From Nitrospinaceae bacterium (lineage in GTDB: Bacteria; Nitrospinota; Nitrospinia; Nitrospinales; Nitrospinaceae), in NCBI GenBank assembly GCA_965223665.1, contig OZ245011.1:2848001-2912000 (forward strand): DNA of 64,000 nucleotides, written 5' to 3'. The notes under the pieces were generated by a model, which was not told the DNA's origin, ran no database searches, and saw only the letters and a program-made list of their open reading frames with translations. Shown piece after piece: positions 31,348 to 41,132 of the stretch. Made by a program: the position numbers and the translations under genes. How positions within the stretch are numbered: position 1 is the stretch's first letter; each line of letters opens with the position of its first letter.

Positions 31348-31708
31348 GGGTTTTTCTCCTAACATTAAGAAAGAAAGAGTGATCACAAAATATTTATAAA
31401 TTAAAGGGGGAATAATGTCCAAATAATTTAGCTTCTAATTCCAGTACCCATACATAGGGTTATGGATTCAGATATTTAAAATGATATTAGAAGTATAGGG
31501 TGCAATAATAATTTTTTCTTTTTATAAATTACAACTCCAATATTAGTGGTGGGGGAATGTAACAAAAATATAAACAGGTCCTCTATATAATTTTTTTCAG
31601 TCTCTTAATTGAAATAAAGAAAATGATAATTCCCTCCTTGGAATGTAAGAATAATAAGCAGTAACTTTTATTTTTAATCTATAAAAAATAAATTTTAATT
31701 TCCCTCTG

Positions 31709-31885
31709 TTAAAGACTATTTTTCTTATCCTGAATTTCTGCCCGCCTCGATTTTGCCAATTTCCCTAATTCTGCCAAAGCTTTTCTCGCCCTTGCAGCTG
31801 CGGCTTTAATATTCTTTTGTTCAAAGCTTTCATTTTCCTCAACATATGCGTTAAAAGCGGCAACAATTTGATCATGTGTACTCAT
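31709..31885 (-). CDS. 58-aa Ala/Lys/Arg-rich protein, histone H1-like (Hc1-type); not in ORF track
   Basis: MSTHDQIVAAFNAYVEENESFEQKNIKAAAARARKALAELGKLAKSRRAEIQDKKNSL*; RBS AAGGAG upstream. Confidence 0.85.
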   Translation of the reverse strand: MSTHDQIVAAFNAYVEENESFEQKNIKAAAARARKALAELGKLAKSRRAEIQDKKNSL

Positions 31886-32241
31886 AAATTCCAGCTCCTT
31901 AAGAGAAATATTTCTAAAAAGTTTTTGAAGAACTTATGTTCCCTATAAAAAAGGAATCTCCAAAAATTAATTGTCCCAGAATAACAATTAATGCGTAAAG
32001 AGTGGTGAAAAAAATAAATTAAATAAATACTATAAAAATTCCCACAAAAATATCTTCAATTGATTATTGCCCCAAAATTGGATCTTAGTCCATCCGGCTA
32101 AAATAAAGATACTCCAAGACGCTAGTCCTTAAAAAACAAAATAATTATTGATAACTCCAGCTCAGAGTCACTATATTTTGGCTTGAATTTTATAGTAGGT
32201 TCAGTTAACCTTAGCGCTTTTTTACAAGCCCAAAAGGAAAT

Positions 32242-33657
32242 ATGTTAAAGACCACTTTGATTGGCCATGCATGTCTATGCATTCAATCCAGGGACACCAC
32301 CATCCTTACAGATCCAGTTTGGTTTGATTATCTGTGGGAGGAAATTAACGTTCTGTGTCCCAGTATTGATTTGAATAAAAAGAATATACCGCCTGTGGAT
32401 ATACTAAATATTTCCCACAGGCATCAGGACCATTTCGATGTTCGGACCCTGGCTTACCTGGCCCAAGACAATGGAATACTAAAGCCGGATGCCACAATAC
32501 TGGCCCCCGAGGATCATTTAATATTAGATGTACTTAAAGAATTAGAATTTAAAAATATAAAGGTAGTTAAAGATTTTGAGCCAATCATTATTAAAGATGT
32601 GACATTAACTCCCACGCCCTCTCGAAATCGATTAGGAACAGCACAAGATGATTTTCCTGAACATGGACTCTTGGTAAGTGATGGCGAAGTAACCGTATGG
32701 AACCAGGTGGATACCATTGTAAACCCAGAAATAATAAGTCAAATCCTACAGATTGCCGGTAAGATTGATTTAGCCCATGCTCGTTTCGTTCCCTTATTGG
32801 AAGGAAATTTCTCATATAACAAATCCTTTGCATTACCATTCGACGAATATTGTACGTTTCTGAATGTTGTGAAAGCCGTTGGACCTCGGATGGTAGTCCC
32901 TGGATCTGCAGCTTTTCGATTTCGGGACGAATTTAATTTTTTAAATCGTTATTCCTTTCCAACAACTCAGGAACAATTTCTCAAAGATCTTTCGGCATTT
33001 TGTCCAGAAGTTCCTTCAAGCCCATACTTACCTGGTGATGTAGCACATGTTTCCGCTGAAGAGGTTAAAATTGAACAACAAGCATCGAATTTTGTTTGTG
33101 TTAAAGAAGAAGATAGTCATCGAGTAATATTTAAACCGGTCATGGAAGTATCTCCTGTAAAGACTCGAACCATAGATCAAGAACAACATAAAAAAGAAAT
33201 GTCGGAAATTCGTGAATTTATAGAATCCGAGCTACTAGATAGATTGCTCAAAAGTGATATGGCCGGTGGCTGGAAAGATTGGCAAATGGTTTACCAACTT
33301 GAAGTTTTTGGTCAAGACGACTCTGAGTGTTGGAGTATTGATTTTGGTGAATCTGAGCCAAAAATTCATAAAGGAACGTTAGGTAAAATCAATTTATATG
33401 AAGGAATCGCGGCTTCCGAGTTATTTAGTCTGATTCAAAAAACCACTTCATGGGATTTTGTAGCCTTATGTGGAAATTATCGAACATTTAATAATATTTA
33501 TCGCGTGACTAATGGCAATTTTGAATTTTGCGCGGCTGAGAAAACCCACGATTATGCTTTTGAGCCTTTGATGGTAGCTTTCCCCTGGGACTTAGAAATG
33601 GATCGCGAAAAATTTATGCAGGATGTCCGTAAATGGAAAGGGGTTCCTCAGCAATAA
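32242..33657 (+). CDS. Metallo-beta-lactamase-fold hydrolase/oxygenase with C-terminal extension
   Basis: IGHA, ILTDPVW and SHRHQDH (HxHxDH) motifs. Confidence 0.85.
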   Translation: MLKTTLIGHACLCIQSRDTTILTDPVWFDYLWEEINVLCPSIDLNKKNIPPVDILNISHRHQDHFDVRTLAYLAQDNGILKPDATILAPEDHLILDVLKELEFKNIKVVKDFEPIIIKDVTLTPTPSRNRLGTAQDDFPEHGLLVSDGEVTVWNQVDTIVNPEIISQILQIAGKIDLAHARFVPLLEGNFSYNKSFALPFDEYCTFLNVVKAVGPRMVVPGSAAFRFRDEFNFLNRYSFPTTQEQFLKDLSAFCPEVPSSPYLPGDVAHVSAEEVKIEQQASNFVCVKEEDSHRVIFKPVMEVSPVKTRTIDQEQHKKEMSEIREFIESELLDRLLKSDMAGGWKDWQMVYQLEVFGQDDSECWSIDFGESEPKIHKGTLGKINLYEGIAASELFSLIQKTTSWDFVALCGNYRTFNNIYRVTNGNFEFCAAEKTHDYAFEPLMVAFPWDLEMDREKFMQDVRKWKGVPQQ

Positions 33658-33691
33658 TCCGATTGATTCAACGGTAATTTCTCAAATCCAA

Positions 33692-34480
33692 TTATTTTCC
33701 AATTAATACACCACGCATGGAAGCACTCCTTCCTACCAAACCCTCAACGGGAAAATTGACGCTTTCTTCTTCCTGTAATGCAATGATATAAATTAAGGGT
33801 AAAAAATGTTCCGGAGTAGGTGAAGATAATCGGGCAATTTTTCCCATAGATTCAAACTCAATTATTTTTAAATGATCTTTATTTAGTAATGCCTGTTTAA
33901 TTTTTTCATCAAATTCAATGGCCCAATCATAAGGTTCATCATTTGGATCAAAGCTCAAAAGGCTTAGATTATGGACAATATTTCCACTTCCCAATATCAA
34001 TACTCCTTCATTCCTTAGAGGTTTTAATTCTTTTCCAATTTGATAATGCTCTTGCGGAGTTATAGTTTTATCTAAGCTTAACTGTAAAACAGGAAAATTT
34101 GCTTCGGGGTACATCCTGACAAGCAATCCCCAAGTCCCATGGTCCAATCCCCATTTCTTGTCTAAACCGATCTCAGTTATTTTAATCATAGATTGAATTT
34201 TTTTTGCCAACTCCGGATTTCCTTTTGCAGGGTAATGAATTTCATACAAAACTTGGGGAAAGTTACTAAAATCATGAATAGTCCGAGGCATTTCCATTGC
34301 TGTAATTAAAGTTCCACGAGTTTCCCAATGAGCAGAGATACACAAGATCGCCTTCGGTTGTGGAAGATTTTTCCCCAAAAGTTCCCAAGCTTTCGAATAC
34401 TTATTATCTTCAATCACATTCATAGGACTTCCATGTCCTAAAAACAATGCCGGCATTTTTCCAGGTAAAATCTCACTCAT
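33692..34480 (-). CDS. ygiD: 4,5-DOPA dioxygenase extradiol (YgiD/LigB family)
   Basis: LFLGHGSPMN, ISAHW, GLDHGTW, GSGNIVHNL, PTPEHFLPL. Confidence 0.92.
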   Translation of the reverse strand: MSEILPGKMPALFLGHGSPMNVIEDNKYSKAWELLGKNLPQPKAILCISAHWETRGTLITAMEMPRTIHDFSNFPQVLYEIHYPAKGNPELAKKIQSMIKITEIGLDKKWGLDHGTWGLLVRMYPEANFPVLQLSLDKTITPQEHYQIGKELKPLRNEGVLILGSGNIVHNLSLLSFDPNDEPYDWAIEFDEKIKQALLNKDHLKIIEFESMGKIARLSSPTPEHFLPLIYIIALQEEESVNFPVEGLVGRSASMRGVLIGK

Positions 34481-34484
34481 GTTT

Positions 34485-34970
34485 TTATCTTAGACCTTTT
34501 TCCTTTAAAAATTTGGAAACTAACTGATCTACAGAAAGTTTTCCTCCACCGTAAAGTATAAGAACAGTTGCAATTCCAAGAACCAAAATATGGTATTCAA
34601 ATCCCTCTCCCGCTTGTTTACCGGACCAATTCATAAAAAATCCATTATTCCAATGAGCCGTAATCACGGCACCCAACATAATGGCAGCCATCCCTGCTGC
34701 ACTCAGTCTTGTTAAAAATCCCGTAATTAATCCTAAAGCACCAAAAAATTCACCTGCGATAACGAGAAGAGCAATTAGTGTTGGTATTCCCAATTGCTGA
34801 TTGAAAAAACCTAACGTACCGTCCAATCCATGGCCACCAAACCAACCCAACAATTTTTGAGCTCCGTGTGGAAAAATTACAATTCCCAGAGTCACTCTTA
34901 ATATTAGAAAAGAGAGGTTGTTTTCCGTTTGGAACAATTTATAAATGTATCCCATATATCTTTTCCTCAA
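34485..34970 (-). CDS. DoxX family membrane protein
   Basis: LRVTLGIVIFPHGAQKLLGWFGG...GEGFEYH. Confidence 0.93.
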   Translation of the reverse strand: MRKRYMGYIYKLFQTENNLSFLILRVTLGIVIFPHGAQKLLGWFGGHGLDGTLGFFNQQLGIPTLIALLVIAGEFFGALGLITGFLTRLSAAGMAAIMLGAVITAHWNNGFFMNWSGKQAGEGFEYHILVLGIATVLILYGGGKLSVDQLVSKFLKEKGLR

Positions 34971-35086
34971 AAATTTTTATTTAAAAAGTCTTCCTTGAAG
35001 GAAAGAACTATTCTTTTTTTAACATTTTTTGTGTTTTAAATTTATACTAATTTTAGGAAACATTGATCGTTTAATTTTTTTTTAAA

Positions 35087-36217
35087 ATGTTAAAGAATCC
35101 GGAACCAACTATTCTAATAATTGACGGGGAACTATTTTTTACCACTCTAGTTCTAAGTTGTTTCTCTCGGATTCCTAATTTAAAGGTTCACGTATTATCC
35201 ACAGACCCAAATACTCCTGCACGACAAAGTGGACTTTCTGCTTCCTTTCATTTATATAACCCTTCCAATGATGAGGAATATATTGAAGCTATTCGCGAAG
35301 TTGCACAAAAAGTAAGTGCCACAGTTCTTTTAGCCGTAAGTCGTCTTGGAATACTTTTCACCATTAGAAATCTTAAAGTCCTTCAACAAATTGCACCGGT
35401 GGCTCCAGTTCCTCCATTAAACTCCTTTGAAACTGCCCAAGATAAAGGTTTATTAGCAGAGTTTCTTATTGAAAACGATTTTCCAATTCCCCCTACTTTG
35501 CAATGTACTTTAGACACAAAATTTTTCAATGAAATTGAGACAATGAAATTTCCTGTTTTATTAAAACCCAATATGGGTGCAAGCGGACAGGGGATAATTG
35601 AATTTAATAATTGTCCTTCATTGGTACAATACTTGGAAAATAATAAAAATATTCTGAAACCTTGTGTCATTCAAAGTAAATTAGTTGGCCAAGATATTGC
35701 CTGTAATGTTCTAGCTAAAGAGGGAAAAATTCTTGCACACACAGTTCAATTAGGAATTTTATCAAATCCTGTTAGGTTCAAACCTCCCAGTGTTGTGGAA
35801 ATGATTCAACACGAACCTGCTTTTGAACTCACACAAACACTTGTATCAAAGCTTAACTGGTCGGGAGTAGCTCAATTTGGTCTTTTTCTATCAGAAGATG
35901 ATGTGAAAGAGCCAGTTAAAATACTTGAAATAAATCCTAGATTTTTTGGGCGATTGCGAGGTTCGCTTATGGCTGGAATAAATTTTCCCTACCTTTCGGC
36001 TTTAACAGCTCTTGGTATACCCTTACCAGCCTCAAATTATAAAAATTGTAAATTTATAGAATTCCAGGACTGGTTAAAGGTTTTAATGTGTTCTCCCCTG
36101 AGAAAAGAAATGGCAAAAATTAATTCTTTAAAAATTGGTTGGAAGTATATTTTGGCCGATCCCAAACCTTTTTTAAATAACGTTCTCAATAAGCTAATTT
36201 CTCTTACAAAAAGATAA
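35087..36217 (+). CDS. ATP-grasp domain protein
   Basis: DK, FPVLLKP..GASGQG and LEINPRFFG motifs. Confidence 0.85.
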   Translation: MLKNPEPTILIIDGELFFTTLVLSCFSRIPNLKVHVLSTDPNTPARQSGLSASFHLYNPSNDEEYIEAIREVAQKVSATVLLAVSRLGILFTIRNLKVLQQIAPVAPVPPLNSFETAQDKGLLAEFLIENDFPIPPTLQCTLDTKFFNEIETMKFPVLLKPNMGASGQGIIEFNNCPSLVQYLENNKNILKPCVIQSKLVGQDIACNVLAKEGKILAHTVQLGILSNPVRFKPPSVVEMIQHEPAFELTQTLVSKLNWSGVAQFGLFLSEDDVKEPVKILEINPRFFGRLRGSLMAGINFPYLSALTALGIPLPASNYKNCKFIEFQDWLKVLMCSPLRKEMAKINSLKIGWKYILADPKPFLNNVLNKLISLTKR

Positions 36218-36257
36218 ACAAAAACCCGATAAAAAAACCTTTTATTCTTATTTTTTT

Positions 36258-36295
36258 AAAAAAAGAGATGCAACTCAATTTTATGAGTTGCATCT
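36258..36295 (-). terminator. Rho-independent terminator after the cytochrome c fusion gene
   Basis: 12-bp stem AGATGCAACTCA/TGAGTTGCATCT; T-run follows on the minus strand. Confidence 0.8.
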
Positions 36296-36329
36296 ACTGA
36301 AATTCTACCATTTAAACTTTATACAGTAG

Positions 36330-38126
36330 CTACTTGGCAGTCAGTTCAAAGTTTGCACCTGTATTAGCTCCAGCAGTCACCGTAATTTCCTGGCTCATCT
36401 CTCCAACATAAGGATGCCATGCCGTTAACCAATAAGTACCTGCAGGGATTTGGTCGATCTTAAATGTTCCGTCTGCAGCACTTATAGAATAATAAGGATT
36501 CCATACTACTCTTGCATCAGCTTCCATAAAATTATGTTGATCACATTGTAGGAAGAAATGTTTATCCTTCTTTGGTTTAAACCTTTTAAATGATTTTGTG
36601 ACGTCGGTGATATCCCCCTTAGAAGGCAATGGTTTATTGAACAACGTCTTTCGGTTTGCTCCAACCACGGAGTATCCATGTGGGTTGTGCAAAATATTAA
36701 GATCTTGATTGGTAATGGTAAGTAATCCTTCCTTAACACCCTTCGGAGTTTTTCGTACGATAGAAACTTTAGGAAAGATATCACAGGTTTTAAAATCAAA
36801 GTTTTTAGTATCCTTAGACCAAGCCTTACCTTTCTCAATATTTTGTATGAAAACCACTGCATCCTTCAATTTACCATTGGTGGCAATCACTTTAGTCCTT
36901 AATCGTGTATTACCCTTAGCATCTGGATGAGTAGCACAAAATTCAGAATTTTTTCCCTTACTCAAATCTTCCAATATTGGGGCGGGTGGGTCACCTATTA
37001 ATTGAATCATTCCACTGATGGAACCCCCATTATTCACCGCTTCTTCTGAATATTTTTTATTTGGTTTTACATCTTTCGGGAGCTTACTCACCGCATTAGA
37101 AGGAGTAGAAGGTTTAGCAGGCGCCATAGCAGGCGGCGGTTCGGTAGCTGCAGCCATTTTGTTTTCTGGTTTAGGAGTTGGTTCTGCAGTTGCTTTATCT
37201 TCAGAAGTGGAACTTCCCATATAGGTAGACCTAATATATTTGACCACATCCCAAATGTCTTGATCCTTTAACGTTTTTTTATGGGCCACCATTCCAGTAC
37301 CTGGTGATCCATTTTTTATGATCCAAAACATTTGACCCGGGGAAACACTTTCCATAGTTTCTGCGCAGGTAAAGTTTCTGGGTTGAGGTTTTAATGCCGC
37401 ACCCAATTTTCCTTTTCCATCCCCATTGTCTCCATGACACATTTTACAAGCCATGGGTTTTGCAGACTTATTATAAATCTTCTTTCCGTTTTCTAAATTG
37501 GCGCTCGCGGTTTTATCCATATTTGCAATATTAGACGGAGCTCCTTTGGTTTTTCTCTTTTGAGGACATGGACCAGAAGCTTTCACCACTTTGTCAACCG
37601 TATCTTTCTTTGGTTCTGCAGGAGATTGGACTTCTGCTTTAGGATCAATAGATTCAGTAGGAGCCACTGGCTTGGACTCCACCATAGCTTCAGCTTTTTC
37701 TTCTTTCATTGGAGTTTCAGCTTTTTGCTCGATGGGTTCTGGTGGAGAAACGGGTTGGCTTTCAGTGACAATTTCAGTTTTTTCAGGTGCCTCATCCATA
37801 GCAGGTGGTTCAGATGGAGTTGCTTCTACAGATAACTCTTCCTTCTTTACTGAAAACAATAAATCTTTGGTATCTTTATCCAATTTTCCACTGGCAGAAA
37901 TTCCGTTTTCTTCCTGAAATTGTTTTAATGCTCTTTCTGTTTTAGGTCCCCATAGCCCATCTACCGGCCCTGGGTTCAGGCCTTTTTCAATCAAGGATTC
38001 TTGAGCCTTTTTGACCAGGGTATCTGCCAAGGCAGAAACCACCCCAATTTGAAGGATTAAAAAACTAATGACAGTTATAATAAAAATTCTATGACCCAGA
38101 GTAGTTTGAAATCTAGAATTATTCAC
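36330..38126 (-). CDS. Exported multidomain protein: peptidoglycan-binding domain + monoheme cytochrome c + cupredoxin-like/carboxypeptidase-regulatory-like domain
   Basis: Signal peptide; PG_binding_1 (GPVDGLWGPKTERALKQFQ); CKMCH with FWIIKNGSPGTGM; HNPH...CDQHNFM. Confidence 0.8.
   Translation of the reverse strand: MNNSRFQTTLGHRIFIITVISFLILQIGVVSALADTLVKKAQESLIEKGLNPGPVDGLWGPKTERALKQFQEENGISASGKLDKDTKDLLFSVKKEELSVEATPSEPPAMDEAPEKTEIVTESQPVSPPEPIEQKAETPMKEEKAEAMVESKPVAPTESIDPKAEVQSPAEPKKDTVDKVVKASGPCPQKRKTKGAPSNIANMDKTASANLENGKKIYNKSAKPMACKMCHGDNGDGKGKLGAALKPQPRNFTCAETMESVSPGQMFWIIKNGSPGTGMVAHKKTLKDQDIWDVVKYIRSTYMGSSTSEDKATAEPTPKPENKMAAATEPPPAMAPAKPSTPSNAVSKLPKDVKPNKKYSEEAVNNGGSISGMIQLIGDPPAPILEDLSKGKNSEFCATHPDAKGNTRLRTKVIATNGKLKDAVVFIQNIEKGKAWSKDTKNFDFKTCDIFPKVSIVRKTPKGVKEGLLTITNQDLNILHNPHGYSVVGANRKTLFNKPLPSKGDITDVTKSFKRFKPKKDKHFFLQCDQHNFMEADARVVWNPYYSISAADGTFKIDQIPAGTYWLTAWHPYVGEMSQEITVTAGANTGANFELTAK
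37632..37784 (-). repeat. Degenerate tandem 69-bp repeat (84-bp period) in the Pro/Glu linker
   Basis: EKTEIVTESQPVSPPEPIEQKAE (37716-37784) versus EKAEAMVESKPVAPTESIDPKAE (37632-37700). Confidence 0.7.
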
Positions 38127-38226
38127 TTTTCCTCCTTACAATTTGATTTGATCCAAAAAGGCTCTAATAAACTATTCTAAAAATAAATTGATTGAATTTA
38201 AAATATTTCTGACCTGACAATACTTT

Positions 38227-38511
38227 TTACTTAAAGAATAATTTTTTTACTAAACCAATTATTGCCATCAAAGCTCCGCCTCCAACACCCCCACTTGCTA
38301 AACTACCAATAATACCTTCTAAACTCGCACCGCCGCTTGCAACACCAATTCCTAACATCCCTAAAAGTTGGCCACCTAAACCGCCACCTAAAATTCCTGC
38401 AATAGAATTTCCCACCGTTCCAAGCGAAAGGTTTTTTAATAAAGATCCCGCAACATTTCCACCTACAGCACCACTTACTAATTGAATAATTAAGGGTATT
38501 AAGTTTTCCAT
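38227..38511 (-). CDS. Small glycine-rich membrane protein
   Basis: GxxxG-rich hydrophobic 94 aa; RBS GGAGG. Confidence 0.85.
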   Translation of the reverse strand: MENLIPLIIQLVSGAVGGNVAGSLLKNLSLGTVGNSIAGILGGGLGGQLLGMLGIGVASGGASLEGIIGSLASGGVGGGALMAIIGLVKKLFFK

Positions 38512-38807
38512 ATTTTCCTCCTAGTTGATTCCCAACTAATTGAGTTGATAGAGACAATTTTAAATACCTTATTTAAACCCTGGGGTGTCTATACCTAATA
38601 CCTATTAAAAGTTCTGCCTCCCTTTTCTTAAATTATTGTAGTTTTATGTAGTTATAGGCTTTTAAGACCATAGAACAAAAAAAGTTACTATTTTTTGATT
38701 GATTAATAATACCTAAAAGGGTTACCTTATGGAACCTTTTTAATATTAATTTATTTTAATTATCACCATAACAGGTTATATGCTTTTCTTTGTTGAAGGG
38801 AGGGAAT

Positions 38808-39011
38808 ATGTCTATCACCAGAGTAACTGAAGTCAGTTCTTCATCCACCAAAAGCTTTGAAGATGCAATTGAGTCTGGGATTGAAAGAGCTAATAAAACA
38901 ATAAGAAATGTAAAGGGCGCCTGGATTAACGATCAAAAAGTTGTTGTGGACAATGGAAAAATTACTGAGTATCGCGTCAATATGAAAATAAGTTTTATTT
39001 TAGAGGAGTAA
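38808..39011 (+). CDS. Dodecin family flavin-binding protein
   Basis: SFEDAI..GIERANKTIRNVKGAW...EYRVNMKISF; RBS GGAGG supports ATG at 38808. Confidence 0.9.
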   Translation: MSITRVTEVSSSSTKSFEDAIESGIERANKTIRNVKGAWINDQKVVVDNGKITEYRVNMKISFILEE

Positions 39012-39052
39012 TTTTAATTTCTAATTAAATTTTTATTAGGAGGTCATAGGTT

Positions 39053-39478
39053 ATGGGTTTTTTTGATTTTGTAGCTTCCATTGGAAATAAACTTTTTAAT
39101 CGAACCGAAGACGCAGCAGATAAAATTAAAGAACATATTGAAGAACAAAACCCTGGTATTAAAGATTTAAACGTTGAATTCGAAGAAGGAGTCGTTAAAT
39201 TATCCGGGATTAGTGATACTGCAGAAGCTGCGGAAAAAGCTGTGCTCATGGCCGGTAATGTTAACGGGGTCACAAAAGTAATATCTGAAATTAAAGCTCC
39301 TCCGCCAACCGAAAAAGTAGAGTTTTATGTCATAGTCAGTGGAGACACTCTCAGTGGAATTGCTAAAAAGTTTTATGGAAACGCAAGTATGTATCCTAAA
39401 ATTTTCGAAGCTAACCGAGAGGTTATAAAAGATCCTAATAAAATTTTTGTTGGTCAAAAAATTCGTATACCTCAATAA
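39053..39478 (+). CDS. kbp: BON + LysM protein (Kbp/YgaU-like potassium-binding protein)
   Basis: MGFFDFV..IG.KLF; AGNVNGV; GDTLSGIAKKFYG...IFEANR...GQKIRIP. Confidence 0.88.
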   Translation: MGFFDFVASIGNKLFNRTEDAADKIKEHIEEQNPGIKDLNVEFEEGVVKLSGISDTAEAAEKAVLMAGNVNGVTKVISEIKAPPPTEKVEFYVIVSGDTLSGIAKKFYGNASMYPKIFEANREVIKDPNKIFVGQKIRIPQ

Positions 39479-39480
39479 AT

Positions 39481-39517
39481 AAAAGGGACAGTGAAGCTCT
39501 CATAGTTTCTCTGTCCC
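39481..39517. terminator. Hairpin terminator between convergent kbp and porin genes
   Basis: GGGACAG...CTGTCCC stem; T-run follows on the minus strand. Confidence 0.6.
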
Positions 39518-39591
39518 TCAGTAATTCCCCTCCAAAATTCCTTTATTATTTTCTTAACTAAATTTTAAGTAACCTTCCTGTGAAAAGGAAT

Positions 39592-41064
39592 TTAAAAAGA
39601 AAAAGCAATGGATATATACGAATATAATGTGTTCCCCAACCTTGGTGCCAAAGGAGCCATTTTTTGAAAATCACCATCTATTCGATAAACTGTACCTCCT
39701 TCCAGTTGGGCATTGCCCATTATTTGCCATCTTCCCCGGATAAAAATTTGGTGGCCAAGAAATGAACCTGAGTTACCTGTTGAATCTTGCAAACCAGAAT
39801 TTCCAGACCATAAATCGGTTTTGGACGCGAGCCAAAAAACACGGTAATGGAAATATGCAGTCAATTGTGAAATAGGTTTAACGGTAAACTTAATACCCGG
39901 ACCGTGAATGTTGGACCGAATAAATGCCTGATGGATACTGGTAGGCCCAAAGTCGAAAACTGAGGCTCCAAAAAGAGTATCGAACTTTCCATTTTTTTTA
40001 TCGTTCGGATTGCTATCTCCACTGGCATAATCATAAGCTAAAATTAGTCGAGGCGACCATTTACAATGGAAGCTAAACCCAATTTCTAAATGATGAAAAT
40101 GAGCGAAATGATTTAGATCCAGAGTATCAATTTTAGAGTTGGTGGCACGGGATTTTCCGAATTGGAGAATCGACTCCCATTCATAATCCAACTGACCTTT
40201 TTGTTTTGGGTGGTAAATGCGAAAACCTGATGAATACAGTTTACGATTAGGGGTAGCCACATATTGGCTATCATCTTCATGGTAACCAATTAAATAGATC
40301 TCACCCTTGTGATTGAAAGGGAGATTGGAGGAAGAAATAAATAAGCCCCATAAAATTCGATCAAAACTTTCACTGTCAAAAGATACATCATTATTTAATA
40401 AACGGTTTTGAGAATGGGGTTTACGGTTCACCGGTAAAGTAATAAAAATGCGAAATTGATTTCCACTTTTTGACTGCCAAATTCCATCTAACCCTGTAAA
40501 AGCGTTTTTGGTATTTCGAAATCGATTCCGGGCAACCAAGCGTCGCTTTCCAACATCCATTGTTAAACGCCCACCTCTTAAAAAACTGTGGCTACCGATC
40601 TGAAAGAGATCATTTGAATACAACTGAAGATTAGCTTCCAAAAGTTCTACCGAATTTACAATTGAAGTGTTAATAGGCGTTCCAGAATCTGCTAATTCTG
40701 CCCTCGAATCCTGAAACTCTAATTGAATTCTGAATATTGAATTGAGATGTAACGTGGCTTGAATTAACGTCCGCAAGGATAAAACTTGATCACTTCCTCT
40801 GGCGCCTGATCGGAAAGGGTGAATCAAAGTTTCATAGCGAGTTCGATTTTGAAGAGAAAGTGACAACCAACTTGGTAGAAATCCATTTTTATTTAAAGTA
40901 AAAAGAGGTTCTAAAGGACCTAAAACCTTATCTTCAAAAATGTAAGGTTTTGGAAAATTATTTAAACTGGAATTTAGGGAGTTTTTAGCCCAACAACAGG
41001 AGGAGAACCAAAATAAAAATATTAAACACCACCCACTAAATTTTTTAAATCGCTTAACCATCAA
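39592..41064 (-). CDS. Alginate export (AlgE-like) family outer-membrane beta-barrel
   Basis: Signal peptide; R.RYE, QDSR, GR...G.RRLVARN.FRN..NAF.G, ASGD..P.D....FDTLFG; C-terminal Phe. Confidence 0.85.
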   Translation of the reverse strand: MMVKRFKKFSGWCLIFLFWFSSCCWAKNSLNSSLNNFPKPYIFEDKVLGPLEPLFTLNKNGFLPSWLSLSLQNRTRYETLIHPFRSGARGSDQVLSLRTLIQATLHLNSIFRIQLEFQDSRAELADSGTPINTSIVNSVELLEANLQLYSNDLFQIGSHSFLRGGRLTMDVGKRRLVARNRFRNTKNAFTGLDGIWQSKSGNQFRIFITLPVNRKPHSQNRLLNNDVSFDSESFDRILWGLFISSSNLPFNHKGEIYLIGYHEDDSQYVATPNRKLYSSGFRIYHPKQKGQLDYEWESILQFGKSRATNSKIDTLDLNHFAHFHHLEIGFSFHCKWSPRLILAYDYASGDSNPNDKKNGKFDTLFGASVFDFGPTSIHQAFIRSNIHGPGIKFTVKPISQLTAYFHYRVFWLASKTDLWSGNSGLQDSTGNSGSFLGHQIFIRGRWQIMGNAQLEGGTVYRIDGDFQKMAPLAPRLGNTLYSYISIAFSF

Positions 41065-41074
41065 TTCTAAATAT

Positions 41075-41132
41075 AGCGTTATATAAATAGGTATATTTCG
41101 AAAATTCGTTATATATTATTATATATAACGAT
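41075..41132. promoter_or_regulatory. Two tandem ModE-type operators
   Basis: CGTTATATA-TTATTA-TATATAACG (41107-41130, perfect palindrome) and CGTTATATA-AATAGG-TATATTTCG (41077-41100); ModE consensus ATCGNTATATA-N6-TATATANCGAT. Confidence 0.75.

Noticed and set aside
36206-36232. Sigma-28-like CCCGATAA
   Set aside because: Weak -35 and no downstream plus-strand gene
38143-38157. FNR/CRP-like box upstream of the cytochrome fusion
   Set aside because: TTGAT-N4-TCCAA has two mismatches in AT-rich DNA; not significant
39592-41064. Alginate biosynthesis locus
   Set aside because: No other alg genes present; the family name reflects the barrel fold only
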